Positions 10,464-20,597 of a DNA stretch of 64,000 nucleotides are shown piece after piece. The stretch's first letter is position 1. Each line of letters begins with the position of its first letter. Made by a program: the position numbers and the translations under genes. The DNA comes from an uncultured cyanobacterium (GTDB lineage: Bacteria; Cyanobacteriota; Cyanobacteriia; Cyanobacteriales; CAWUOF01): NCBI GenBank assembly GCA_963744145.1, contig CAVUSO010000001.1, forward strand, positions 6,848,001-6,912,000, read 5' to 3'. The notes beneath the pieces are model-generated. The model did no database searches. It saw only the letters and a program-made list of their open reading frames with translations, and was not told the DNA's origin.

Positions 10464-11402
10464 ATGACAAAAAAGATGGAAAAAAAGGCCAATAAAGAAC
10501 GTCAAACCGCCCAAGATTATACTGAGAAATTAGGGGCAATTGTGGAATTAGATATGATATCTATTCCTGGTGGTAAATTTTGGATGGGGACTCCGAAGGA
10601 AGAAATTGAAAAACTTTGTAAGGAATATAAATTAGATTATTTTAGAACAGAAAGTCCTCAACACCAAGTTACTGTGCCGGCGTTCTTTATGGGTAAATAC
10701 CAAGTCACCCAGGCACAATGGAAAGTTATAGCAGAACAAACCGATCTTAAAGTACAAATTGATTTAGATCCTGACCCATCTCATTTTAAAGAACCTTACG
10801 AAGAATACGATAGATGGACTAGACCAGTAGAACAAGTTAATTGGTATGAAATGAAAGAATTTTGCGATCGTCTTTTCAAGCTAACAAAAAGAGAATATCG
10901 CTTACCCACAGAAGCAGAATGGGAGTATGCTTGTAGGGCAGTTATTAGCGATCAGCCAGTAGCAGAATGGAATCAGAACTATCATCAACCGTTTCATTTT
11001 GGTGAAACCATCACTACAGAATTAGCTAATTATCGTGGAACTGATGTGGAGTATGAAGGTAAAGTTATACCCGGTCATTATGGAAGCGGAATAAAAGGAG
11101 AATATAGAAAAAAAACCACTCCAGTTGGCTATTTTAAGAGAACCAATGCTTTTGGACTTTACGATATGCACGCTAACATTTGGGAATGGTGCGAAGATGA
11201 TTGGCACGATAATTATGAGGGGGCATCTGCAGATGGTAGTGCTTGGTTAACAGGTGAAAAAAATGTTACAAAAGTAATACGAGGCGGTTCGTGGTTCTAT
11301 AATCCGGCGTACTGCCGCTGTGCCTTTCGCTTCGACTACAACCCCGATTCCCGCTACTACACTCTTGGGTTTCGAGTTGTGAGCGTGGCTGCGAGGACTT
11401 AA
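10464..11402 (+). CDS. Formylglycine-generating-enzyme (FGE-sulfatase/SUMF1, C-type lectin fold) family protein
   Basis: F.MG, P.H.V, YRLPTEAEWEYACRA, NAFGLYDMHANIWEW, RGGSW and GFRVV motifs. Confidence 0.9.
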   Translation: MTKKMEKKANKERQTAQDYTEKLGAIVELDMISIPGGKFWMGTPKEEIEKLCKEYKLDYFRTESPQHQVTVPAFFMGKYQVTQAQWKVIAEQTDLKVQIDLDPDPSHFKEPYEEYDRWTRPVEQVNWYEMKEFCDRLFKLTKREYRLPTEAEWEYACRAVISDQPVAEWNQNYHQPFHFGETITTELANYRGTDVEYEGKVIPGHYGSGIKGEYRKKTTPVGYFKRTNAFGLYDMHANIWEWCEDDWHDNYEGASADGSAWLTGEKNVTKVIRGGSWFYNPAYCRCAFRFDYNPDSRYYTLGFRVVSVAART

Positions 11403-11785
11403 TCTGAACTTCCCCCTGCAAATACACCTCTAATGACGAACCAGGACCGGCACAACTGGGTGCAAAGGTATATAAAAATAACTTAGTGAGAAATTAATGC
11501 TACTGTGAGAAATTTATTAAGTGCAACTTCATAGAAAAATGGTATAAGTATTGCTGAATATATTTTTCTGAGAATTCTGATTAAGATTTTACAATCAATT
11601 AAAAAAGTGAAGTTAGAAAGTATAGCTAATGCTCTCCCGTTACCGATTATTTTTTAAAGTAGAAGAAAAAAGTGCAGCGATTTCTATCATGCGCAAGAGC
11701 TATACGCCCGTACAATCTATCCTTACCAGCTCTATCTTTTAACTTCGTCAAACTGACTTTAATGAGACGTTCATCCCATCCCCCA

Positions 11786-13516
11786 TTATGTCTTGATTTG
11801 CTCGGCAGCATCCTGGGGTCGTCCCCAAATCACCCGCTCTTGTTTGTAGACTACCATCCCAGGTTTAGCACCTTTAGGTTTATAGACATATTTAGGTTGA
11901 GTATAAATAACCGGGACTTGATCACTTTGACGGGCACGACTATAAAAAGCACTCATATTTGCCGCAAATTGTAAATCCGCGTCATCAGCAACACTACCCG
12001 GTTCTAAACGTAATAATAGATGACTACCTGGTATTTCCTGAGTATGAAACCAAAGATCGTAATCCCCAGCTAGACGAAAGGTAAGTTGATCATTTTGACG
12101 ATTATTGCGACCAATTAACAATTCAAACCCACTGGGCGATCGCAGTCGATAAAAATCTGTCCCAGTTACATCACCTGGGCTCCGATAGTCTGGCTCCTCT
12201 AAATATTTTTGTCCAATTAACTCTTCGCGAATTTCCCCTAAAGCTTGCAAATCCGCAGGTTCTCGATACAACTCCAACTGAGCAATGGCAATTTCCACCT
12301 GTTCTAAATAATCAATTTCCCCTTGGACTTGAGCGAGTAAAGGTGCCACCGCAATCCGGGCCCGTTTCAGTTTTTGGTGACGACGATAGAGAGACTGGGC
12401 ATTTTGCACCGCATTCTTTTCCACATCCAAAGGAATCGTGACGGGTTGACCTGTTTCAAAATCAGCCAGAGCGATCGCACTCATCCCGGGTTTCCACACC
12501 TGGAGATGAGCCATTAACAAATCTCCATATTGACGATACTGATCAGCTTCATCCGACTGAGACAAACGTTCCTGAAAATTCCGAGCTTTCACATTTAATT
12601 TCGCCAAAACACTACTAATTTTTTGACTAAGTTGATGGCGTAATTGTTTAAATACTTGTTGATTCAGTTCATCTGTATAATAACGATTAAGTAATACTTG
12701 CACTGATGGAGCCGGATCAATTAGACCCCAATCCAGCATAGTATATCCAGTCGCAGTCAATCCTGGCTGAAATTTACCTTGCTCTAAAGCTTGTAACCAT
12801 TCTTGCCACCGTTGAAACAACTTTTCCCAATCGGTATAATTTAAACTAGCTGTAGATTGGGCTGGATCAAGACCAACTGATTGAATCATGGATTGGACAA
12901 TTGCCGAACTTAAACCACGATAAGTTTTTAACAATTGACTCAATAAAGTCCCCGGTACTAAACTAATCCGCTCTTGCCATCTAGCTTGAGATTCACTTAA
13001 AGTGGGAATCGGATTAGTCAATGCTGGAGGAACTTCATAGGGTTGACCAGTCAAAATTGGACGAACGCTAGACTGCTGGCTATTAACTTGATGGGCGACG
13101 CTAATAATAATATTTTCGTGATTAACCAGAATAACATTGCTATATTTACTCATAACTTCTACATACAAATGCCAAAGGGCTGGTTCTCCTGGACGTTTGG
13201 CAAATTGTAAGTCGAGCACTCTTTCCCAGGGAGCGATCGCGCTGATTGATACCAAAGCTAACTTGGATAATTGATGTCTTAATTGGTCGCTAAAAGTAAA
13301 TGTATCGGGCAGACGAGGAGGGGGATTACCAATACAAATACGAGCAGCTTGAGGGTGCCAAGAAATATCTAACCAACCGCGACGATCCATCGTGCGTAAC
13401 CCTAAAGCAATGGTGTAGCGATCGCGTTGATACACCTGTTCTAAACGAGATGGTAACCAACTAGCACGTAGTTCCCCACTACTAGCCATCATGGTAGTAA
13501 AATCAACAGGTTGCAT
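11786..13516 (-). CDS. rqcH: NFACT/Rqc2 (RqcH, FbpA-like) ribosome quality control protein
   Basis: N-terminal MQPVDFTT, NVIL, coiled coil, and C-terminal GRNNRQND/WFHTQEIPGSH NFACT-R domain. Confidence 0.9.
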   Translation of the reverse strand: MQPVDFTTMMASSGELRASWLPSRLEQVYQRDRYTIALGLRTMDRRGWLDISWHPQAARICIGNPPPRLPDTFTFSDQLRHQLSKLALVSISAIAPWERVLDLQFAKRPGEPALWHLYVEVMSKYSNVILVNHENIIISVAHQVNSQQSSVRPILTGQPYEVPPALTNPIPTLSESQARWQERISLVPGTLLSQLLKTYRGLSSAIVQSMIQSVGLDPAQSTASLNYTDWEKLFQRWQEWLQALEQGKFQPGLTATGYTMLDWGLIDPAPSVQVLLNRYYTDELNQQVFKQLRHQLSQKISSVLAKLNVKARNFQERLSQSDEADQYRQYGDLLMAHLQVWKPGMSAIALADFETGQPVTIPLDVEKNAVQNAQSLYRRHQKLKRARIAVAPLLAQVQGEIDYLEQVEIAIAQLELYREPADLQALGEIREELIGQKYLEEPDYRSPGDVTGTDFYRLRSPSGFELLIGRNNRQNDQLTFRLAGDYDLWFHTQEIPGSHLLLRLEPGSVADDADLQFAANMSAFYSRARQSDQVPVIYTQPKYVYKPKGAKPGMVVYKQERVIWGRPQDAAEQIKT

Positions 13517-13716
13517 TGCCGATCCGCCTCAACATTAATAACAGTTTCTTTCCATCCTGACAAATTCCCATCCCAAGTTAGCAAAATTTACCTCATCTCC
13601 CTCAAACCGTAAACCAGGATTTGGTTTTAATTTTAGCGTTCAGAATCCAAATTTTTGGCTCTAACAAAAAATTAAACCTTGATCCGCTTATTCTGGGGTA
13701 AAACCGTCAGTAGGTT

Positions 13717-13980
13717 ATGGATATAAATCTTATCAATATCGGCTTTGGTAATATTGTCTCTGCTAACCGAGTAATTGCCATTGTCAGTCCCGAGTCTGCT
13801 CCAATTAAACGGCTCATTTCCGACGCTAAAGATCGGGGACAACTGATTGATGCTACCTATGGTCGTCGGACTCGGGCAGTAATTATTACTGATTCTAGCC
13901 ACATTATTCTTTCCGCTATTCAACCAGAAACTGTTGCTCATCGCTTTATTCTGAATAAAGATGGTAGTACCGATACCTAA
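13717..13980 (+). CDS. remA: DUF370 / RemA-family protein
   Basis: [15 protein letters not shown]...[14 protein letters not shown]...[10 protein letters not shown] signature. Confidence 0.92.
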   Translation: MDINLINIGFGNIVSANRVIAIVSPESAPIKRLISDAKDRGQLIDATYGRRTRAVIITDSSHIILSAIQPETVAHRFILNKDGSTDT

Positions 13981-14005
13981 TGTAGTAATTAAGGAAAATA
14001 AAACT

Positions 14006-15427
14006 ATGGCTGAACAAAAGACTTATCTGGAATTATCGGAAACTGATGGAGTTTCTCATAAATTTTATGAAGTAGTTGTGAATGATACCGAAGTAACTAT
14101 TCGTTATGGTCGGATTGGTGATCAAGGACAAACTAAAAAGACTAATTATGCTACTCCCGAAAAAGCTTTAGTGGAAGCTAATAAAAAAATTAAAGAAAAG
14201 ATGAAAAAAGGTTACGAACCAGCAATTATAGGAGTCCGTCAAAAACGGGTAATTACTCGTCGTCAAGTTAATAGTACAGCATCCACAGCAAAGCGATCGC
14301 CTGTTTTATGGAAATTTGCTTCCGGTGCTAGTGCTTTTGGGATTTTTATTGATCAAAATCATTGCTGGGTAGGTAATCAATCAGGTCAAATATTTTGTCT
14401 AGATCATGACGGACAAGTTCTCAATCAATTCAAACTAGCAGAAGGGGTGAAATGTATTGTCGCTGATGATGTGTGGCTCTATGTTGGTTGTGATGATGGC
14501 AATGTTTACAATCTGAATAGTAAAGTACCTCGTCTCGCTTATGAAATTGATGAAAATGTGGATATTTATTGGTTAGATATCTATGATGGAGTTGTCGCAG
14601 TTTCTGACGCTAATGGGGGATTAACAACCGTCAATCCTGATGATGAATCCCAGTGGAATCGGTTAAGTCAAGGAAGATCTGGTTGGATGGTACGCAGTGA
14701 TCAAAATGGGATTTATCACGGTCATAGTCTAGGGGTAACCATGTATGATCGAGAAGGTAAAGTTATTTGGTATCAAAATACTGATGGTGCAGTGCTATTT
14801 GGTTGGCAAGAATTATCTACTGTTTATGCGGCAACTAGCAATAAAAAAATTCATGCTTTTACTAAAAAAGGTGAAATAATTACTGTTTATCAATGCGATA
14901 GTATTGTCTATTCTTGTGCTACGGCTGAAAATGGCAAGTATGTTTTTGCTGGAGACAATAGTTCCTCAATTTATTGCTTCGAGCAGTCCGGAACCAGACT
15001 GTGGAAATTAGCAACTGGATGTGGTTCAGCTTTATCAATGCAATTTTTGCGCGATCGCATTTATATTGTTACCACCGATGGTTCTTTAGCTTGTATTGAC
15101 GCAAGTGAAACTGCAATTAAATCTGCTCAAGCAGGTACAGTTCCGGAACCAATTAACATTAAAGCTCCTCAAATAGACCCAAATATTCTTACTAATACCC
15201 CCTTAGAAACTACTACTAATTCCAGTCAAGGCATAATTTTAGAATGCTTCAAAGAAGGTAACAAATTAAGAATGCGAGTGATTTCCCCTGGATATAACCC
15301 TAATTGGAAAGTCCAGTTTCCTAAAGATATTCGCGAAGAAAGCGCTAGATATATAGTTGCAGAAATTCGTCAATCAACAAATGGTAATTTTTATCGTGTT
15401 TATGGAGATATTAAAAAATTGATCTAG
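14006..15427 (+). CDS. WGR-domain protein with PQQ/WD40-like beta-propeller
   Basis: N-terminal SHKFYEV..IRYGRIG..KKGY (WGR) followed by repeated W-containing blade motifs; ATG at 14006 after AAGGA. Confidence 0.8.
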   Translation: MAEQKTYLELSETDGVSHKFYEVVVNDTEVTIRYGRIGDQGQTKKTNYATPEKALVEANKKIKEKMKKGYEPAIIGVRQKRVITRRQVNSTASTAKRSPVLWKFASGASAFGIFIDQNHCWVGNQSGQIFCLDHDGQVLNQFKLAEGVKCIVADDVWLYVGCDDGNVYNLNSKVPRLAYEIDENVDIYWLDIYDGVVAVSDANGGLTTVNPDDESQWNRLSQGRSGWMVRSDQNGIYHGHSLGVTMYDREGKVIWYQNTDGAVLFGWQELSTVYAATSNKKIHAFTKKGEIITVYQCDSIVYSCATAENGKYVFAGDNSSSIYCFEQSGTRLWKLATGCGSALSMQFLRDRIYIVTTDGSLACIDASETAIKSAQAGTVPEPINIKAPQIDPNILTNTPLETTTNSSQGIILECFKEGNKLRMRVISPGYNPNWKVQFPKDIREESARYIVAEIRQSTNGNFYRVYGDIKKLI

Positions 15428-15498
15428 TGGTCAAACAATTGATCTGATAGAATGAAACAGCCCTACCAGATCAATGTATAGCCGTAAAGTCTCCCTAA

Positions 15499-16536
15499 TT
15501 AAATCAGTTTATGAGCTAATTCCTTCAATCGCTCACTTCCTCCTTGCACCAGATAATTTCTTTTCTCCCCCTCTATGTAATTTAGAGTTTTTTGATCGGC
15601 CTGAAATGCTAAAATGTTATGATCAGTAATCACGGGTTGATAACGGAGATAGTTATTCTTCAGTAAACTTTTAGCTACAGAGTCAATTGCATCAGAAGAA
15701 CCATCGGAAGATACGTCAAATAGTGGAATCCCTAGGGGCAAAATATTAGTCCACTTCAATCCCCCCCAACTTTTAGCATCCTCAGGGGTAATTCTATGGG
15801 CAGCTTGACCTGTTCCAAAAGAAACGAGTAAAATATCCCCCAACGGGGTTCCTTGATCAAGCTGTTGTGAGAGCGCACATAAGCTGGGATTATTAGCAAC
15901 AACTCCTCCATCAATTAAAGGAATACCTTCTTTAGGAATTTGTCTGGGCAAGTCTCCTTCAATTTTCTCAGCATCTTCATGAGCGTCCAAAAACTGTTGC
16001 TCCTTTAAAAGATAAGCAGGAAAAGCAACAGGTGCGGCAGAAGATGAGCGACATACTTGCCAGACAGGGACTTTAGCAGATTTTGCCTCTGTACTTTTGA
16101 AGATAACAGCCTTTCTGTTATAGGCGTCATAGCTTACAACTACTGTGGGTTTAGGCAAATTTCCAAACGGTAAGTCATGAAATTCGCTGATGAGAACTTC
16201 TTCCAATCCTTGAGGAGAAAAAAGAGGGCAGGAAATATGGCGTTCGCTCAGACGCTCTAGCACTTCTTGCTCCACAAAACGAATGCTCGTCATTGTGGGA
16301 AAAATCTTTTCCCCTTTAAGTTTATACAAGGTCTGAATTTCTTTAGCACTCATGCCTTTAGCAAGTCCGCAGGCTATGATACTGCCTGTTGAAGTCCCAG
16401 CAAAAAGATCAAAGGACTTAGCAAGAGTATGATTCGGGTTAAGTTTTTGGAGTTCTTTTTCTAATTCTTCCAATAATAAAGCGGTTAGATATCCTCGAAT
16501 TCCACCGCCATCACAGGACAAAATTTTGACAGTCAT
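15499..16536 (-). CDS. Patatin-like phospholipase
   Basis: DGGGIRG, GTSTG nucleophile elbow, SSAAP and DGG motifs. Confidence 0.9.
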   Translation of the reverse strand: MTVKILSCDGGGIRGYLTALLLEELEKELQKLNPNHTLAKSFDLFAGTSTGSIIACGLAKGMSAKEIQTLYKLKGEKIFPTMTSIRFVEQEVLERLSERHISCPLFSPQGLEEVLISEFHDLPFGNLPKPTVVVSYDAYNRKAVIFKSTEAKSAKVPVWQVCRSSSAAPVAFPAYLLKEQQFLDAHEDAEKIEGDLPRQIPKEGIPLIDGGVVANNPSLCALSQQLDQGTPLGDILLVSFGTGQAAHRITPEDAKSWGGLKWTNILPLGIPLFDVSSDGSSDAIDSVAKSLLKNNYLRYQPVITDHNILAFQADQKTLNYIEGEKRNYLVQGGSERLKELAHKLI

Positions 16537-16689
16537 GCTAGTATATTTCCCTGGTGGTATATAACAAAATTCGGAAGCCACCCCAGCCCTTCAGAAATGG
16601 GGGTTCCAAGGGCATGATACCTTTTCTTGGTTACCTGATACAATATCGAAGATATTTAAAATTCACATTTTGAACTATAATTAATCTAG

Positions 16690-16726
16690 CTCCCCTCTCC
16701 TATCAGGAGAGGGGTTGGGGGAGAGG
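16690..16726. repeat. Cyanobacterial palindromic intergenic repeat (CCCCTCTCC...GGAGAGGGGTTGGGGGAGAGG type)
   Basis: Hairpin CCCCTCTCC-TATCA-GGAGAGGGG followed by TTGGGGGAGAGG, downstream of pit. Confidence 0.6.
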
Positions 16727-16743
16727 TCAAAAATTCAGATCAG

Positions 16744-18258
16744 CTACTTTAACCCCAGAACATTAAACACAACAAATAGACCAGCCGCAAAATTAGCCGC
16801 ACCTAACAAAACACACACTGGTAAAGTCAATACCCATGCTAGGAGCAGATTTCTCAGAGTATCCATTTGCAATCCTGAGCGGTTAGCAGCCATCGTTCCA
16901 GCGATACCTGAAGATAACACATGGGTAGTGCTAACAGGAAGACCTAAGTTGTCAGCCGCACCAATTGTGACCATTGCCACTAACTCAGCGGAAGCACCTT
17001 GTGCATAAGTAAGATGATCCTTACCAATTTTTTCCCCGACAGTTACCACAATTCTTTTCCACCCAATCATGGTGCCCAGACCAAGAGCAAACGCTACCGC
17101 GATTTTCACCCAGGGGGGAATAAATTCTGTTACCTGATCTAACTGATGTTTAAATTCAAGCAAAGCTTTTTTCTCATCAGGATTAGTAAACTGCTCTTTC
17201 TTATCCAGTTTGCCAATCGTTTTACTCAGCAAATAGATATCACTCCGCAAAGTACGACGTTCAGGAGTTGTGAAATCTTTGAAGCTTGTTTTTTTGGTGA
17301 GTTTATCTGTAACTGTATGGTTTTTTACAGCCAATAGAGCAAAGATATCTTCATCAATTTTACCTTTTTGTAAAAAGGTAGAAAGCTTTTGATCTATTTC
17401 TGTCTCGGGTAATGTGCCGACAATATTGTAACTTTTCGGTAGACTTCCTGGAGCAACTGTATGCTTATCCAACATTACAATAGCCGACTGAGATGCTGCC
17501 GACAATTGAGTGTAAGCTTCAATATTGGTGTCCATATCCAAAGCATAAATACCTGGAAGTAGACCGATCAGGATGAGCATGATTAATCCCATCCCTTTTT
17601 GTCCATCATTAGAACCGTGGGCAAAACTTACCCCAGTACAAGTTAACATTAACAGTAAGCGAATCCACCACGGGGGTGGTAGTTTTCCTTCTGGGGCTTG
17701 ATAAAGTTCTGGATTCTTAATCACTACCTTCATCAACATTAGTAGACCAGCAGCACAGGTAAATCCCACAATTGGGGAAACAATCAAAGAAGTAAAAACT
17801 TCTTGGACTTTAGCCCAGTTAATTCCCTCACCAAAAGCACCTCCTGTTACCAAGGAGTTAGCCAGACCCACACCCATAATTGCCCCAATTAGGGTATGGG
17901 AACTAGACGCAGGTAACCCAAGATACCAGGTACCTACGTTCCAGATAATTGCAGAAATCAGTAGTGCAAACACCATCGCAAAACCAGCACCGGAACCAGC
18001 ATTAACAACTAGCTCCACTGGTAATAAGGAAACGATACTAAATGCAACTGCTCCAGTTGACGAGAGTACACCCAATAAATTCCAGCACCCTGACCAGATT
18101 ACTGCATAGGTCGCTTTTAAAGTATTGGTATAAATAACAGTGGCAACGGCATTAGCTGTATCGTGAAACCCGTTGACAAATTCAAAGCTTAGAGCTAGAC
18201 CCAGTGCCAATATTAAAAATATGCCACTGACTAAGCTTAATTCGTTGAGAAAATCCAT
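16744..18258 (-). CDS. pitA: Inorganic phosphate transporter, PiT family
   Basis: GFHDTANAVAT, PASSSH, HGSNDGQK and PVSTTH signatures. Confidence 0.92.
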   Translation of the reverse strand: MDFLNELSLVSGIFLILALGLALSFEFVNGFHDTANAVATVIYTNTLKATYAVIWSGCWNLLGVLSSTGAVAFSIVSLLPVELVVNAGSGAGFAMVFALLISAIIWNVGTWYLGLPASSSHTLIGAIMGVGLANSLVTGGAFGEGINWAKVQEVFTSLIVSPIVGFTCAAGLLMLMKVVIKNPELYQAPEGKLPPPWWIRLLLMLTCTGVSFAHGSNDGQKGMGLIMLILIGLLPGIYALDMDTNIEAYTQLSAASQSAIVMLDKHTVAPGSLPKSYNIVGTLPETEIDQKLSTFLQKGKIDEDIFALLAVKNHTVTDKLTKKTSFKDFTTPERRTLRSDIYLLSKTIGKLDKKEQFTNPDEKKALLEFKHQLDQVTEFIPPWVKIAVAFALGLGTMIGWKRIVVTVGEKIGKDHLTYAQGASAELVAMVTIGAADNLGLPVSTTHVLSSGIAGTMAANRSGLQMDTLRNLLLAWVLTLPVCVLLGAANFAAGLFVVFNVLGLK

Positions 18259-18456
18259 TTCCAGCTCCCCAAACAGTAAGTGTTCTCAGCAAAAATTCTG
18301 GCAAATTTAACTTCGTTATAGGTCGAGATTACTCTGAGAAGTTTATGACCTGGTTAAGATTGATTAGCAATATCTCTGATTTTTGGCAATAATTCCTAAA
18401 CTTTTCTTGATGGGATTTTGGAAAAAGGCTGATCCAAAATATATTTGACGATCGAT

Positions 18457-19569
18457 TTATTTGGCATTACCCGTATTTTTGAGAAAAACTAAACCACTAT
18501 ATAACTGAAACACCGGGTCCCAGTTGCTATCTTCTTCACGGAATAAACCAATCTGGGGATTAATATGTTGTAATAAATCTGAGTATTCTAAAGCCGTTTC
18601 TGCAAAAGGTGTAAAATCAGACCAAACCTTTACTTTCGGCATTTTTTGGTTGAGTAAATTAATTAAATGATTCCATTGAATTCGGTTGGTTGTTTGGGCG
18701 ATTTGAATTCCTTTTTCCTGAGCTACAGCCAAAGTTATTCCCTGTTGAAATTCATAGCTCAAATCACAGATTCGTAAAATACAATTTCTACCTGGTAAGT
18801 GTAAGTCCCAGACTTTAGCGTAGTCGTGAGTAGTTTCTTTCCATTGTACTTTTTCTCGACGACGCGGATCGTAGGTAACTACTTCAGCAAATATAGGTAA
18901 TAATCCTTCGACTCGACCAGATATTTCTGACCAATCAAAGGAGAGAGAACCTACTTGATTAGCTTCATTTTGGCAAATTACATTGGCTTTACCATCTAAT
19001 GCGGTAAAATAATTAACTCGAAAAACTTGTATTTTCTTTAGATCAGCCACAGAACCACAAAAAACTGGAATCCCCGCTTGACGCAATTCTTCTCCATAAA
19101 CTAACAATTCACCCACGACACCACAACGGTATAGTCTCCATCCTCGACTTTGTAACAATCTCCTGGCATTATAGGGATCTATTTTCATAATCCGCGCAAA
19201 TTGTTGAGCTGCGGTTTGTCTAATTTCATTACTAATTGATTCTAAAATTAATACTCCTGGACCAGTATTGTCAGGATCAGCTTTAGCTTGAGCGATCGCC
19301 TGTTGTCTAAGTTCTTGTTCACGAGTTTGGAGTCGTTGTAATCCTTGACGTGCTTGAGCTAACAGTTTTGGAATAGTAGTATTCCGCATTACTTGTCGAT
19401 ATAAATTTTCCGCAGTTTCTGCTTTTCCATTCAATTCTTGTAACCGTCCACTATAAAATTGCACCCAAGGATCTTGAGGTGATTTTTGCAGCAGTGGTTT
19501 CAAGAGCCGAGCTGCTTCTCGATAGTCTTTACGTTCAAAAGCTTCTGTAACTTGCTCAATCTCGTTCAT
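18457..19569 (-). CDS. TPR-repeat conserved cyanobacterial protein
   Basis: N-terminal TPR-like helices (AFERKDYREAARLL..DPWVQFYSGRL). Confidence 0.7.
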   Translation of the reverse strand: MNEIEQVTEAFERKDYREAARLLKPLLQKSPQDPWVQFYSGRLQELNGKAETAENLYRQVMRNTTIPKLLAQARQGLQRLQTREQELRQQAIAQAKADPDNTGPGVLILESISNEIRQTAAQQFARIMKIDPYNARRLLQSRGWRLYRCGVVGELLVYGEELRQAGIPVFCGSVADLKKIQVFRVNYFTALDGKANVICQNEANQVGSLSFDWSEISGRVEGLLPIFAEVVTYDPRRREKVQWKETTHDYAKVWDLHLPGRNCILRICDLSYEFQQGITLAVAQEKGIQIAQTTNRIQWNHLINLLNQKMPKVKVWSDFTPFAETALEYSDLLQHINPQIGLFREEDSNWDPVFQLYSGLVFLKNTGNAK

Positions 19570-19593
19570 AATTAATCAAGGTGGCAATCATAG

Positions 19594-20355
19594 TTAGGTT
19601 AATTTAATTTGTCTCTGTTCTAAACTAGCCGATATTAAAGATAAAGCTACCACTGGAGCTGTGACAGCGCGAAGAATACGTGGACCTAAAGAAACTGGTT
19701 GAAAACCCCGAGCGATCGCACTTGCTACTTCTTGGTCTGTCCATCCTCCTTCTGGACCCGTCGCAATCACAATTGACGAGATTTGGCGATCGCTCCTAGC
19801 TAATTTCTGATCTAAATCATCTAATAAATGGCAGGTTTCGCCACGAGCTACACATATATATTGTGGATCTGAATTACTATTAATCTTCGGGCTGCTAGCT
19901 AAATAATTCAGCCATTCCTGCGGATCTAAAATAGTGGGCACAATTTGACGTTCTGATTGTTCGGTTGCTTCTTGAGCAATCCGTCGCCAACGTTGTAGTT
20001 TAGGTAAACTAGGATGGAGCAAAGTCCGAGTGCTAATAATCGGTACTAACTCAGTCACACCTAATTCTGTAGTTTGACGGATAATTTCATCAAACCCATT
20101 ACCTTTCGGCAGTGAGACCAGTAAGATTACAGGTAGTGGTAATTCAGTAGAATTATTTAGCTCTGCTAAAATCTGTCCTTGATTTTCCCACAGTAGGGCT
20201 AACCAAGACTTACCTAATCCATTAATCGCAATAAAGCGATCGCCTGAATTCAATCTTAATACCCGACTTAAATAATGATATTGTTCACTAGACAGGAAAA
20301 TTTCTGTAGCCCGAACTTGGTTGGGGGCGATCGTAACTCTTGGGAACCCAGACAT
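19594..20355 (-). CDS. rsmE: 16S rRNA m3U1498 methyltransferase
   Basis: HYLSRVLRL, TELGV, EATEQSER, GPEGG and LGPRILRAVTA motifs. Confidence 0.93.
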   Translation of the reverse strand: MSGFPRVTIAPNQVRATEIFLSSEQYHYLSRVLRLNSGDRFIAINGLGKSWLALLWENQGQILAELNNSTELPLPVILLVSLPKGNGFDEIIRQTTELGVTELVPIISTRTLLHPSLPKLQRWRRIAQEATEQSERQIVPTILDPQEWLNYLASSPKINSNSDPQYICVARGETCHLLDDLDQKLARSDRQISSIVIATGPEGGWTDQEVASAIARGFQPVSLGPRILRAVTAPVVALSLISASLEQRQIKLT

Positions 20356-20597
20356 AATGAATTAACATTATGCACTCTCCGGTGATGAATCTCAATGATT
20401 CTACTTAAAGAGAGTGCAAAATAATTTTTTTTTAAATTGTTACCTTGGGCAACAATTCCACAGTGAAAAAAAACCTAATTGTTTGAACCGAATCCAGAAA
20501 AGTCATGTTGAGTCAAGCAAAGCATCTAAACTGATCTTTCCCTTTCCCAAACATGACCATAGACCTAGCTGGGCTAGGATCTAGACGGTAATCAGTT

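Noticed and set aside
10464..11700. Complete DGR cassette
   Set aside because: No reverse transcriptase, avd or template repeat in the window; only a candidate target.
15499..16536. CBASS system (CapV-like patatin)
   Set aside because: No CD-NTase or Cap2/Cap3 genes nearby.
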